DNA from: Blastocystis sp. Blastoise
Lineage: Eukaryota; Protista; Bigyra: Opalinata
Assembly: GCA_039096225.1 (NCBI GenBank)
Contig: JBBPEB010000025.1
Coordinates: 124,001-188,000 of the forward strand
DNA: 64,000 nt
Reading direction: 5' to 3'
Both the position numbers and the translations under genes were made by a program. Positions 1 through 13,480 of the stretch are shown piece after piece; positions within the stretch are counted from its first letter, which is position 1; each line of letters begins with the position of its first letter. Under the pieces are notes generated by a model that had not been told where the DNA came from, ran no database searches, and was given only the letters and a program-made list of their open reading frames with translations.

Positions 1-1196
1 TATATAGAGAGAGTCTTCGTAAATACGACGATACAGAAGAGAAGAAGCGACTGTTAGTAGAATTGGCGAAAGTCATGCCTGAACATGATCATTATATTCC
101 TATTTATATGGTATATATATAAACTTGTTTATATAACATTTTTAATAATAATAATAATAATAATATATATATATAGAATATGATAGAAACAATTGATATA
201 GATATTATATATGATTTTATATTTCATACCTATGCTACATGGATTGTTCATAATGACACACCTTCCGTCAGTACCAATAATTCTGAATTAACACTTAGTT
301 TTGACGATTCTATGGAGAATTCTATATCACGTGAGTGTGTCAGTGCTGAGATTATTCAAGAGAAAAAAGAACATTCGAAATCTATAGAAGATATAGTAAT
401 GTATTTAGGTAGAAGTGATTTTGAAAGATTAGTTATTGAATTATGTTATTTAAAGAATAAAAGCAGATGCAGTACGCTTGCAAATAGAATGTTTGACAGA
501 GTATATATAATTTATTATTTATTATTTATATTATTATTTATATTATTATTTATTATTTATTATTTATTATTTATTATTTATTATTTATTATTTATTTATT
601 ATTTATTATTTATTATTTATTATTTATTATTTATTTATTATTTATTATTTATTATTTATTATTTATTATTTATTATTTATTATTATTTATTTATTATTTA
701 TTATTTATTATTTATTATTTATTATTTATTATTTATATTATTTATTATTTATTATTTATTTATTATTTATTATTTATTATTTATTATTTATTATTTATTA
801 TTTATTATTTATTATTTATTATTTATTATTTATTATTTATTATTTATTATTTATTTATTATTTATTATTATATATATATATAGAATGCTCGTGAAGTATC
901 AGTAAGTAAAACTATATCGGGTCCTCGATCCTCTCTATTAATGCTTAATTATATGCAATTTATGAACTCCTTCTGTGAAATCATAAGAATGGAATATATT
1001 TATCCAAAAAACATGAGTATATACATATATTCAAAAATTTATATTATTCTATTCTAATTCTATATAAACATATCTATATCATATAGATTCGAAGTTAATT
1101 ATGAAGAAATTCATACAAGAGAATCTGTCATATTCACCTCCTCTTTTATCATTATTCAAAGAATTCTCGGAAGCATGGAAAACTTATAATCATTAA
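1..1196 (+). CDS. 3' part of a multi-exon hypothetical protein (5' end outside the window)
   Basis: Exons ~8-110, 178-500, 884-1016, 1088-1196 join in frame via GT-AG introns and end ...FKEFSEAWKTYNH-TAA. The poly-IIYYLLF tail of ORF 180..905 is intron 501-883. Confidence 0.7.
507..870. repeat. Intronic TTA/TTTA compound microsatellite
   Basis: (TTATTTA/TTA)n fills intron 501-883. Confidence 0.9.
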
Positions 1197-1820
1197 ATTA
1201 TTTTATTTTATTTTTGTGAACACTATTTCTTCTTTATTTTATTGTTTTATGTGATTTTAAAGTGTGATATATTCAGATATAAGATTATTTGCAAATTCTA
1301 TTTGTAAAAACACTGTTCTTCTTATAAACAACAAATATATACTATTGTTCTCAAAAAACAGTGAAAAACTTCATAAAGCACAAATATAGAATAAATAAAT
1401 AAAATAGTATATATCCTATGATCAATAACTTATAGAGAACAGTAGAAAATAAGTAAGACACAGAATAAAAGTCAATTATTCAAAAAAAAAAACATTAGTT
1501 TACCTATAATTTACTGTATTCATCATCATCAAGCTCTTTCTTAGTTCTATTCACCAATTTTAATATATAAATCAACAAAATAGTGTAATAATTAATTAAA
1601 TCGTCTTTGATTCTTTTACAAACATCATAAAAACATCAGTGATGACCCCAAATCAAATAATTCATATCGATAAAAAAATGATACCAATTTTAAATCCTTT
1701 AAACAGTTAAACAAATCAAAAAAAAAAGAAATTTTTTCATTCTAATTTTTCTCATTTCAAGTCTTTTTATTCCTCTATTTCCACTTCAGAAGCCTAACTC
1801 TAATATATCTGTATTCTATT

Positions 1821-2606
1821 ATGGATTCTGAATTTGATTCTAATTTATTTGAGGATATCCTACTCAACGATTCTCCTCAGTCTCCAGGTTTCTATCTTTA
1901 TTATTTTGTATTAAACAATTTACAATATTTCTAGATGACTTTTCAACAGAAATATTAGAATCATTTCCCATAACTGGTTCAGACTCGTTGTATGATATTG
2001 AATTTAATGATGAAAACCTTGGCAATCCTATAGATTATGATTTCTTAATGGGAGAAGAATATATTTCTGCAGAATTTGTTGATGAGAGTTATTCTTCACC
2101 TTATACGGAACTAAACTCAAGCAAACATAAAACTCAAGATGATCTTTTTGAGCATATTGTCCAAACTTCTCTAGCAACAGAATTGCCTCCTTTATTTCCA
2201 AATGGTATATGATTTAAATCTATTTTTTTTTTATTGTCTTTATTATATGTTCAATAATATATTTATTTAAAAAAAACATTTTTTAGAACCTGATTATTAC
2301 TATGACCCAAGACTTCCAGAAGGTTCACAATTTGTTGAAAAGAAACAATATGAAGCAGAACATAAAGAAGATAATTCAAATTATAATGAACAGAAAGAAC
2401 TATTAGTCAATCTTAAAAATGAATTAGATCATCTTGTGTATAACAAAAACACAAATATGAATCCAAATAAAGATTTAAATTTGTTAATAACTGTTCATAA
2501 TACTATATCTGAATTAAGCAAACGTGAAGACGAACTCGTCAATTCAACACAATCCGATGAAGATACTATTGATTCAACTTCTATAAAGCGTGTTAAGCAT
2601 GAATAG
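1821..2606 (+). CDS. Acidic hypothetical protein (3 exons) with C-terminal KRVK NLS-like motif
   Basis: ATG 1821; GT-AG introns ~1888-1934 and ~2205-2286 keep the frame; D/E/F-rich; ends SIKRVKHE-TAG. Confidence 0.65.
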
Positions 2607-3051
2607 ATGATTCCTGTTTCTATAAATCGTCTTTTTATACTCCTACTAATACATCTTCATTCTTAATATTTATATTTATATACAATAATTTTTCTTTTTC
2701 AATTATTTTTCATTTTTCATATATAATTATATTAGATTCATATGTATTTCAAATTTTTAAAAAATTGTTTTATTGTCTTTGTTATCTTTATATTGCAAAA
2801 AAAAAATATATATTACTATTTGAATATTTTTTAAAGAATCATTCCTTAAAACGCAAATCTATGGAGAAACTTTTCTTTAATTACGGAAATTTCGTATTTT
2901 ACAATACAATTAATGGAGATAATTATGGGAAATAAAAAGGAGATTTGTTACTTAATCCTCATCTAATCTGTCGTGAATGAGATGCACTATCAAAGTAGAA
3001 TACCATTCTTTCAAGTTATTGTATTCAACATACTATTTGTTTTCGAAGAAG

Positions 3052-4239
3052 ATGTTGAATTTTTTAATATTTTCTTGTTTCTTTTTATTTGTACTATCGT
3101 TTGATAATGGTCTTGGTCTTAAACCTCAAATGGGTTTTAATACTTGGAATAAATTTCAATGTGATATTCATGAACAATTAGCTCGTGATACTGCTGATGT
3201 AATGATTGAAAAAGGTTTATTAAAAGCAGGTTATGAATATCTTAATCTTGACGATTGTTGGCAAATAGCTCGTGATAATGTTACAAAGAGAATTATTGAG
3301 GATCCTAAAGCATTTCCTTCTGGTATGAAGTCTTTAGCTGATTATGTTCACTCAAAAGGATTGAAATTTGGTTTATACTCTGATGCTGGAGAGTTAACAT
3401 GTCAAAGACGACCTGGTTCTTATGGGTATGAGCAGATTGATGCAGATACCTATTCAGAATGGGGTGTTGATTATTTGAAATATGATAATTGTTTTGATTT
3501 ACAAATACCTCCTGAACATCGTTATCCTCTTATGGCTGAAGCTTTCAAGAAAACAAAGAGAAATATGTTTTTATCTATGTGTGAATGGGGAAAGAATAAA
3601 CCTTATGAATGGGGTCGTTTAACAGGTAATTCTTGGAGAACTACTGAAGATATTTGGGATTTATGGTGTAATATGATGGATAGAGCAGATGAGAATGAGC
3701 CTTTATGGAGATATGCTGGTCCTGGTGGTTGGAATGATCCTGATATGTTAGAAGTAGGTAATGGTGGTATGACAAATGAAGAATATAAAGTTCATTTTTC
3801 TTTATGGTGTATAATGAAAGCTCCTCTTCTTATTGGTTGTGATATAACTAAAGCAAGTGAGGAAACTTTTGAAATATTATTAAATCAAGAACTTATTGCT
3901 ATTAATCAAGATTCATTAGGTGTTCAAGGACATCGTGTTTGGTCTAATAAATATGGTAATCAATATATAGATAATGATATTAAACCTGGGGATTATGAAG
4001 TATGGTCAGGACCTTTAATTGATGGTTCCTTTGCTGTTCTTCTTTTAAATCGTAGTGATGAATATAAAGATATAGAAATAACTTCTATTTTTAAAGATTG
4101 TGGTATGAGAGAAAATACTACTGCTTATGTTCGTGATTTATGGAAACACGAAGATTTAGGTATATTTACTAATGAATTCACTGCTCTTGTAGGAAGACAC
4201 TCTGTTGTCGTTCTACGAGTTACTCCAAAACTTATGTAA
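3052..4239 (+). CDS. Secreted alpha-galactosidase, glycoside hydrolase family 27 (intronless)
   Basis: Signal peptide MLNFLIFSCFFLFVLS then DNGLGLKPQMGFNTWN, LNLDDCW, YLKYDNC (nucleophile), SWRTTEDI (acid/base), GWNDPDMLEVGN, C-terminal melibiase beta-sandwich. ATG 3052 preferred over 2977. Confidence 0.95.
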   Translation: MLNFLIFSCFFLFVLSFDNGLGLKPQMGFNTWNKFQCDIHEQLARDTADVMIEKGLLKAGYEYLNLDDCWQIARDNVTKRIIEDPKAFPSGMKSLADYVHSKGLKFGLYSDAGELTCQRRPGSYGYEQIDADTYSEWGVDYLKYDNCFDLQIPPEHRYPLMAEAFKKTKRNMFLSMCEWGKNKPYEWGRLTGNSWRTTEDIWDLWCNMMDRADENEPLWRYAGPGGWNDPDMLEVGNGGMTNEEYKVHFSLWCIMKAPLLIGCDITKASEETFEILLNQELIAINQDSLGVQGHRVWSNKYGNQYIDNDIKPGDYEVWSGPLIDGSFAVLLLNRSDEYKDIEITSIFKDCGMRENTTAYVRDLWKHEDLGIFTNEFTALVGRHSVVVLRVTPKLM

Positions 4240-5332
4240 ATACCTTTTTTATATATATAATCTTTTATACATTATTAAATTGTTTTTTTTTTTTGTTTAT
4301 TTTTTAGAAATATTTATTATGTTTTGTTATATTCTTTATTTTTAAAAGAATTCAATATATAATATATATATTGATATTTTGAAATATCGTATATCATAAA
4401 TATGCTAATAATTATCTGAATACAGATCTTTATATTATATTTTTATAATATATATAATTTAACTGTATATGAAAATATGCTTTATGTGTTTTTTTATTAT
4501 TATTTTTATTAATTATTTATTTTTTTTATATCTATTAAATTCTATTTATTTATTTATTTTATTTTGATATCATAAATCAAGACTATAGCATATTATTAAC
4601 CCATAATTATCTCTAATTAACGAAATGACAACTATAATTTAGGTTTTTCAATTTTTTAATTTATGAGTCTCTAATATTTCATTCTATTGCTGTCTCAAAA
4701 ACGTTTTATATATTATAAATCACTTTAGTTTTAAAAAAATGAAAATGATTACAGTTTTATTTATTCTATAATTCTTTTTATTTATGCTTATACATCTGTC
4801 ATTCAATAGTCTACAAAAAAAAACAAAATAGCACTGAAATAAGATATAAGTAAAACTGGAAACAATCATCACTTACATGAAACTTCACATAAAGTCCATA
4901 AATATACTTAATATACTGTCACTCATGTCTATTCATGAAATAAGCTATGAACTACTTTAAAAAACACTCATCAAACTACATAAATCCTTCAAACAGAAAT
5001 AAGAAAACGACAAACACCATCAAAACAAAACAGAAGAATACAAACTGAAAATAACTTTAACAATAGAAGTTTCAGTTCTTCAAAAGAAAACAATAATCCT
5101 AAATAAAACATTATGCAAAAAACAGAAGTGTCGTTGAAAAACCTTTTTTAATTGGATAGGATCCAATTATTATCGATTTGATTGGTCTCATAATTCGAAA
5201 GAACAAATACACTGACTCCATTCCCAGAAGAGGAATCACGAAAAACTTTTGATATACAGTTTATAAAAAATAGCAAAGAAGAAAAGCATAATTCTTTTAT
5301 TTCGTGTTAATCTTGAAACAAATAATATTAAA

Positions 5333-6952
5333 ATGAGTCAAAATCAATCAAATCAAATCAAATGTGAATCTGTTAAGAACATACCTTTTAATCATGCTGC
5401 TCAAGCTATCTTAGAAGATGTTCGTGAACGAATTATACCTGTTGTTGAATCTAATGGTATTCCTCTTCATATGATTCGTGAGGTCTTTTTCCAAAAAGAT
5501 TACTGTGGTATGACAGATACCAAAAGAGGTTGCATTTACTTACAATTAAGAGAGTCAAATAATCAATGTGAATTCTTAAGAGTAGATAACATTATCGGTC
5601 AAGCTATACATCAACTTGTTCATTTAGTCTATAATAATCATGATGAAACGTTTAATCAATTCTATAATAGTTTCTGTACTACATATCAATCTATCTATGG
5701 ACCTGTTACTCCTAAGAAAATTCGTGCTATTGAAAGTAAAATGTTTAGAACTCCTATTATTATTGAAACAGATTTACAAGGTGGTTATGAAAAATGTTGC
5801 TTTTCTGTACCTAATATGGAAGAACACATCCACGGTATTTGTAGTGTTTCTCAATATGAACTCAGTGAAGATGTTGTCATACAAGTTCCTCAAAAACCTG
5901 CTTCAAATCAATTTAATAATAATAACAATATCAAATTAAATACCTGGATATGTCCACGATGCACTTTAGAAAATGAGGGCTCTTCACAAAAATGTAATGC
6001 ATGTGACCTAGAAAAACCTGCTATTTCTTCATTTGTTGATAGAAATAATAATAATAATAATAATAATAATATCTTCTCTCCTCAACCTGACTATCCTCAA
6101 GATGTATGTCAAAGTGTTATTTCTGCTCCTGCAAATTATCCTAATCAAAAACAACCAGAAGTAGATAATTCTGTTCCTTTCAATCCTTATGCTAACGATA
6201 ATAATAATAATAATAATAATCCTTCTGCTTCTTACAGTTTCCAACCTGCCTCATCTAATTCTTATCTTCCTCCTAATCAAGGATTAATTAACAATAATAT
6301 TCAACCTATTTCTAATCCACCCGTATCTCCTATTGCTCCTCAACCTTCTCCTGCTCCTACTGGAATCATTTTCCCTGCTCCTATGGCTCCTGTTGAACCT
6401 AAAGCTCCTATAGCTCCTGTTGCACCTATAGTTCCTATAGCTCCTATAGCTCCCCAACTTCCTAAAGCTCCTGTTGCTCCTCAACCTCCTATGGCTCCTG
6501 AAGCACCTAAAATACTTATAACTCCTCAACCTCCTATGGCTCCTAAAGCTCCTGAAGCACCTAAAGTTCCTCAACCTCCTAAAGCTCCTGAAGCTCCTAA
6601 GATGCCTATAGCTCCTCAACCTCCTATGGCTCCTGTTATGTATAATCCTTCCATAAATACTCAACAACAAATTTCTAATCCTCCTTCAAATTCTCAATTT
6701 ATTACTTCTTCTCCTATGGCTCCTCAACAACCTCAACAACCTCAAAATTATATTAATATGCAATATCAATATCCTTCTCCTATGCCTCAAGTTCCTGCTA
6801 CTAATCCTGTTCAACCTCAATTTATACAAGCTCAAAATGGTGTTCCCTCAATGTCTAATCCTAATCTTGCTCCTAGACCTATGAATATGCCTACTAATAT
6901 ACCTATTCAATATCAAAACTATCAATATCAATATCAATATCCTCAACATTAA
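5333..6952 (+). CDS. WLM (Wss1-like) metallopeptidase-domain protein with RanBP2-type zinc finger and Pro/Gln-rich tail; probably catalytically inactive
   Basis: IYLQLR...AIHQLVHLVYNNHDETF matches the WLM HExxHxxxxxH region with E->Q; WICPRCTLEN....KCNACD RanBP2/NZF finger; PMAP/PKAP repeats. Confidence 0.75.
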   Translation: MSQNQSNQIKCESVKNIPFNHAAQAILEDVRERIIPVVESNGIPLHMIREVFFQKDYCGMTDTKRGCIYLQLRESNNQCEFLRVDNIIGQAIHQLVHLVYNNHDETFNQFYNSFCTTYQSIYGPVTPKKIRAIESKMFRTPIIIETDLQGGYEKCCFSVPNMEEHIHGICSVSQYELSEDVVIQVPQKPASNQFNNNNNIKLNTWICPRCTLENEGSSQKCNACDLEKPAISSFVDRNNNNNNNNNIFSPQPDYPQDVCQSVISAPANYPNQKQPEVDNSVPFNPYANDNNNNNNNPSASYSFQPASSNSYLPPNQGLINNNIQPISNPPVSPIAPQPSPAPTGIIFPAPMAPVEPKAPIAPVAPIVPIAPIAPQLPKAPVAPQPPMAPEAPKILITPQPPMAPKAPEAPKVPQPPKAPEAPKMPIAPQPPMAPVMYNPSINTQQQISNPPSNSQFITSSPMAPQQPQQPQNYINMQYQYPSPMPQVPATNPVQPQFIQAQNGVPSMSNPNLAPRPMNMPTNIPIQYQNYQYQYQYPQH

Positions 6953-7361
6953 ATAACTATTCATTTTTTTACATAAATCACATACATAATCATTCTTCTT
7001 TTTTCTCTTTTCATTTATTATTTTTTTCTTATTTTTGTTATTTCTTAGAAGTAGTTGTTCATTTATAGTTTCAATGTTTTGTGTTGTTTTTTATTTTATA
7101 TTCTTAATATTGTAAAAGTATTTAGTAATTGTTTTGTTAACTTTTTTTACAATCAAAATATCATTTTTATCATCCATTATGTAAACAAAACAAAACTTAT
7201 TTAATTTAATTATTGAAATGACGGGAAAAAAAAGAGAATAACAATCTCAATAGTAAAACAAAAAGAATTCAAATAGATAACATATATGCTAGCAATTAGC
7301 ACATCTTTAATTAAAATACAAAAGAATTATAATATATAAATTAATATATATAATTTCATAT

Positions 7362-10300
7362 TTATACACGTACAGTATTATTTTTAGCAGGAGTTTTCTT
7401 AGCGACATGATCATTTAATTTCTTAGTTCCTTTCTTATTTGTCTTCTTCAGTCTAAAGAAAACACAAGCAACTATAATTACGACAGCAAAAACAGCTAAG
7501 ATTGAGAGGATAACAATAAGAGTAATGATACCAGCACTAAGAGATTGAGGTTTAGATACAACAGGACTCTTATCAAAAGAAACTTCAGTAGTATCAGGGA
7601 ATACATTTTTATTATTTTGTTTTAATAAGTTAGCTATATTCATACCAGAACCAGCTAAAAGTAAAGCATTAGCATCACCATTATCTTTAGGAACAATAAG
7701 ACGAACATAAGAAGTAATAATAGAATCCTTAGAACCAGCAGAAGAATCTTTAAGTAACCATGTTTCAACATCATTAGAACTAATACCAAAAATAGAAGAC
7801 ATAACCATCTTAAGAGTAGCTAAACCACCATTATTCATACCTTCAAGAGTAGGTCCTTTAATACGAATAAGTGTATCAACATAAGCTTTACCACTAGGAG
7901 GAAGAAGAGATTTACAATTAGAAGAATCAACAGCTAACCAAACAGGCTTTAAAGCAGCTTCAGAACAACGACGAGTTTGTTCACCAATAGATTCAGCAGG
8001 ACAATCACGAGTAATAGTAGTACCTGATTGAGCAGATACCCAATTATTTTCAGGCATACAATAAACAAGATGACAAGAGAATAATTTAATTTCTGAAAGT
8101 TGAGTACGAGAAACAGAACCTTGAACAGCAGTAATTTCTAATTTATAAGTATTAAATGTTTGTAAAGAATCAGTAATCCACCATTCTCTCATTTGTTGTC
8201 TTTCAGTCCAAATATTCTTTTGATCTACAGTTAATAAAGTAGTCCAAGTAGCACCATTATCATTTGTACCCTTAAGAGTAAAGGTACGAGGATCTCTTTC
8301 AGCAGCATCATTAGCAGAATAAAGTTGTATTTTATTAATAAAATCTTGTCTATCAAAATTAAATTGAATAGAAATAGAAGCAGGTAAACCATCTTCTAAC
8401 CATTTAGTAGTAGGATCATTATCAAAAGCTTGTTCAGGAGATTCAAAAGGCATATTAAAAGCACCACTATTTGTTACAGTATAACTATCAATTCTATTAA
8501 TACAACTACCTTGTAATAAAGAACCAAAGAAATCAAAATCAACTTGAGTTACAGTAGAAGCAGATCTATGTAATTCTACACTAATAACATTTTGACCTTG
8601 TTTAAATAAATAAGAAGGAACAGAACCTCTTCTATAATAATAACCTTCATATTTAGTATTAGCTAAAGTATTTTGATTATGTACTTGAGGTAAATTCTTA
8701 TAATAGACTTCTTGACCATTCCAATATATAACAACACCTTCATACATATATATAGAGAAATCAAAAACAGGATATTTAGTAGGATCATCAATTTCAATTG
8801 ATTTTCTTAAGAAAATAGTATTACCAGCATAATTAGGAATAGAAGATTTCTTAGCAGTTTGCCAAGAAGCATCATTAAATTCAATATAATTCCAATTAGA
8901 AGATTGAGAAGAAGTACTTACTTTCCATTCAGATTCTTTACGTACTTGATAATTAAGATTAATAGTCTTAATATATTTAGTACCAGCAGGAGTAGTAGGC
9001 ATCCACCATTTACCTAATAAATAACCATTTTCTTCATATACAGCTACATAACTATTAGGAGCCCAACCATCATTAAATTCATCAAATAATTCAATTTCAA
9101 CTTCTTCATATTCAAGACAATAATTCCATACATAACGAGTATTATCAGCAGTAGAAGTAGATTTAAAAACGACTTGTCCCTTTTGTCTAACTTCAAATTG
9201 TTCTTGATAACTCCAACCACGAGCATAACGTTCAAAAGTAACTAAAGTTTTATCAGCACCACAAGTAGAAATAGTAACAGTTAAACTTTGAGAAGAAGAA
9301 ACACCCATAGGATTTGTCATAGTAATAGAATAACTATAAGTACCTACTTCAGGCCAAGAACCTTCTAATTGACCTAATTCTAAATTAATAGAAGCAGTAC
9401 GAGGTAAAGCAGGAGTAAAAGTAAATGTAGTCCAATAAGTTTGAGTATTAAATTTAATAGGATTTATCTTTTGTAATTTATAACCAGAAACACTAGAAGC
9501 AGATAAAGTGAATGAAGGAGAAGTAATACTAGAACTAAAAGAAGTATCTCCAACAGTAGGAGTAGCAGTAGAACCAGCTTGAAGAGATTTACCTAATACA
9601 TAAGCCATATCATCTCTATAGAAAGTATAATCACAACCAGAAGCAGAAGTACATTCAACTTTATGATTAAATGTTCCTTGAGTAAAACAATGTTTATAAG
9701 TACCAGCAGATCCTGAAGCAGTAGAAACTTCAGTATTTCCTTGCATAATTCTAATAGTAGCAGTACCAGAAATAAGTTTAGTAAAATAATAATTACCATT
9801 ATTACAACCAGGAACACGTAAAGTAACAGTAGTAGTAGCACAACCAGCACTATTACAACCATTAATAGTATAAGTAGCAGCAGTATTTAAAGATTGTTTA
9901 GGAGTACCTTTAAGCCAACCACTATAACTTTCGACATAAATACCAGTAGGAAGAGTAGGAGTAACAGACCAGAAGAACATAGTTCCATCAAATAAAGGTT
10001 TCATTTCAAAGAAAGTATCAAATTGTAATTCTATAGTAGAAGAACCAACAACAGCATTATTAAATTCATATCTATAATTAGAAGGAGGAGTAACAGAAGA
10101 CACAGTTATAGAAATAGTAGCAGAATTAGCTCCATTAGTAATAGTATAAGTAAGATATGCTTGAGCAGTAGAAGGAGTACCAGTAATAATACCAGTAGAA
10201 GAATTAATAGTTAATCCAGCAGGAAGAGTAGGAGTAACAGAATAAGAACCAGTAGATGAAGCACCAAACCAAATAGGTTTAATAGGATCAATAGGAGCAT

Positions 10301-12623
10301 TTACAAAGAAATTCATACGTGTATATGAATAAGTTAAAGGAGAAGAAGGAGTATGGAAGAAGAAAGAAGAAGGAATAACTTCAATAGTAGAAGTAAAAGG
10401 ACGTTTCCATTCAAATAAAATACCATGTCCATAAATATCTTCAAAGTATTGAATCTTAATAGGATAATAACCAATACGAGAGAATTCAATAGTTTTCATA
10501 ATTCTATTCATACCTTGACATTGCCAACTTTCATGGAATTGTTCATTATTAATATATAATCTCCAACCATCATCAGATTGTCCACCTAATTCCCAAATAC
10601 CTACAGTATCAATAAATAAATAGCCTTCCCATTCAGCATAGATTCTATCAGCCATATCAGGAGATAAACCAGTCCAAACAGCATTACCATTAAGATCAGG
10701 ATGATTAATATCAGCATCAATTCTACTAATTCTATGATTTAAAATAAGTTCACCAAACATCTTATATTCACAAATATCACCACTATCTGTAATCTTATAA
10801 TAATTACCACGAATACCAGCAATAGGAGTACTAACAATATTAATCTTAACAGCATATTCAGTATAACCTAAAGTACCAGTCATCTTAATAGTATAAGTAC
10901 CAGAAACAGGAGTATTAACAACACCAGTAATAAGACCACGAGAATCAATAGATAAACCACCAGGAAGAGCAGGAGTACTTGTATATTCAGTAGCAGCACC
11001 ACTAGCAAAAGTAGGATAAGCAGTATGTATTTGAGAACCAACAACAGCATTAATAGTATTATAATGTAAGAAAGAAGGACCACGACCACCTACACGAGTA
11101 TTAGCTTGAGATAAGACAGTTTCAGGAATATTAAGAGATTCTGATCTATACCAAACACCAAGACGAGAACCATAGTTCATATCAAAATAAGTAATAAAGA
11201 TAACATGTTTACCAGGAGTTAAAGTAATAGTAGCTTCAGTAGTTTTATCACCATGACAACCACCATTATCAACAACAGGAACATCAAAGTTATCAATAAA
11301 TAAAGTAGCACCATCATCAGAAGTTACTTTAAATGTATATTCACCAGCTTGATTAATAACAAGATAACCAGAATAAACAGCACTTAAGAAATCACGGAAT
11401 CTATATATAATAATTAATAGAATACTGTTTTTTAAATGAATAATAATTATTAGTTACTATGATTTATTATTATAAAAAAAAAAAGTAAAGTGATAAGAAT
11501 GAATAAAGAAGCATACCTATCATCAAGACCAGGCCAAGCATGACCACCAGTAGAAGAAGAATATTCATCAGAAAAATTGATATCAGTTTCTCTTTGACAT
11601 ATTTTAGCGTCATGAGTTCTAAACCAGAAAAGAGTAGGATTCATACAACCAGACATAGAAGTATAATAACAACCAGTTAAACCAGCTAATAACATCTCAT
11701 TCTGATCTAAAGAAATATCATAATAGAATAAAATATTTAGTTTTTAGAGAAACTTTTATTATAATAATTAGTATTTTTCTATATTTGTAATAGTAATTAA
11801 AAAATAGAAAAGACAAAAAAACAATAGAATTATATATATAAAAAAAAAATCATAATATATATATTATTATTCCAAAAAAAAACATACTTAAAATTTGAAT
11901 TTTGAAAGTAGTAGATTGAGTAGAAACTCCATTAGAAGCAGTAACAGTATAAGAAGTCATAGTAGAAAGAGTAGTAGCAGTACCAGTAATTAAACCTGAA
12001 GTAGGATCAAGAGTTAAACCACTAGGAAGAGCAGGAGTAACACTCCATGTATTTAAGTGACAATCACTTCTAGCACCAATAGGTTCAATTAATAAACCTT
12101 GATATATTTTAATTTCATTGAAACCATAACTTAATCTAGAACATGTACCAACAACTAAAAAGAAAATATATTTATTAAAATAATATAAAAAATATATATA
12201 TATATAAATAATGAATTATTATATAACCAATAATTAAATGAATCTAATAAAATAGATACCAGCAATTTTAATACGAACAGCAATATCAGAATCGAATCTA
12301 ACGTTAGGAACAATTAAGTATTCAGTATATTGTTGAGCTTTAAGAGGAGAACCAGAAATAATGTTATTTTCCATCTTAATACCTTCAGGAAGAGGAGGGT
12401 AAGCGATCATATTATCATAACCAGCACAAGTAATTTGAGGCATAGCTTGACCAACAGTCAGAACAACATCAGTCTGACTACATGTAGTAGGTGTTGCAAG
12501 AGCTATATATAGAAATAATAATTAGTATATTATTTAGAAAAGAAACATAGAAATAATTAAAAAAAAGATAAATCAAATACCAACAGACATCAAAGTGACT
12601 AAGAATAAGACAGTGAATCTCAT
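7362..12623 (-). CDS. Large type-I membrane surface protein: signal peptide, He_PIG-type Ig repeats, 2x PA14, F5/8C (CBM32)-like, HRM-like Cys module, TM
   Basis: Exons 12623-12581 (MRFTVLFLVTLMSV), 12502-12260, 12154-11888, 11706-11518, 11400-7362, all GT-AG. VTPxLPxGLTxxxxTGxITGTP Ig repeats; PA14 TSDDG/QSDDG; AFDNDPTTKW...F5/8C; TM GIITLIVILSILAVFAVVIIVACVFF; basic tail. Confidence 0.88.
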
Positions 12624-13480
12624 TTCTTTTATTTTTCTTTATAAAATTAAGTAATATAAATAAAAATATGAGAGAAAAGAGGAGTTTAAAACAAAAACAA
12701 TACATAGACTTTACCTATCAACGAGATACAAATATGATTATTTCTTTAAAAATGATTCCAATTCTAAGTGGTTCATTCAAATAATGAGCCAAACAAACTG
12801 AGATTAATTCAACTTCAAAACAGATGGTTGGCTGTTGTTTCTAAAAACGAGATTATTTTATCTTGATTTAAGCTCTTGAAATGATTCAATTTCTGTTTAA
12901 TCAACAATTCTCATCATACAGTCTCCTATGATTATTGTACATTTAAGATTATGGCTTCTCTCCATAACCACTGATTATCGTCTTTCATGGTGTTTTTGAA
13001 AGAACGAATAATCGTGATTATTCACATTTTTATCCAGAAGAATTATTCTCTCTAAATCTAATCTTATGATAATCTCCTTGAGATTGTTTGTGATGTAAAC
13101 ACTAGACTTGACGTAGTATTTCTTTAATTATCTCCATATCTTATCCAGATTGGCTTCTTCTTATTGTGAGGAACTTTTTTTCCGAAATTTTAAAGATATC
13201 TCAATATTTTTACGCATTCTTAGAAATAGTCATTTTCTATTCATATAAAGAATTTATGTATATATATTTAAAGCTGTTGAACATATCCATTCATCGTTCA
13301 TAGTATTTAAAATCGATCATTTTGTAAATGACATATCATGAATGCTTATAGTTTCTTATTGTTTATGGATATAGTTATCATATCTTTGTAGACAAAAAGT
13401 AAACCCTAAAATGGTTGCAAAACAATTACTTTTCAAACAATGATTTCCTTTCTTTTCAAATTGAAATCAATACAGAGTTA

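Noticed and set aside
2977-3051. Upstream ATG extension of the alpha-galactosidase ORF
   Set aside because: The signal peptide starts at ATG 3052; the extension looks like UTR.
2913-13137. Shared 13-mer ATGGAGATAATTA upstream of the alpha-galactosidase and PA14 genes, and palindrome GAATAATC-GT-GATTATTC at 13006-13023
   Set aside because: Matches of this length and composition are expected by chance in very AT-rich intergenic DNA.
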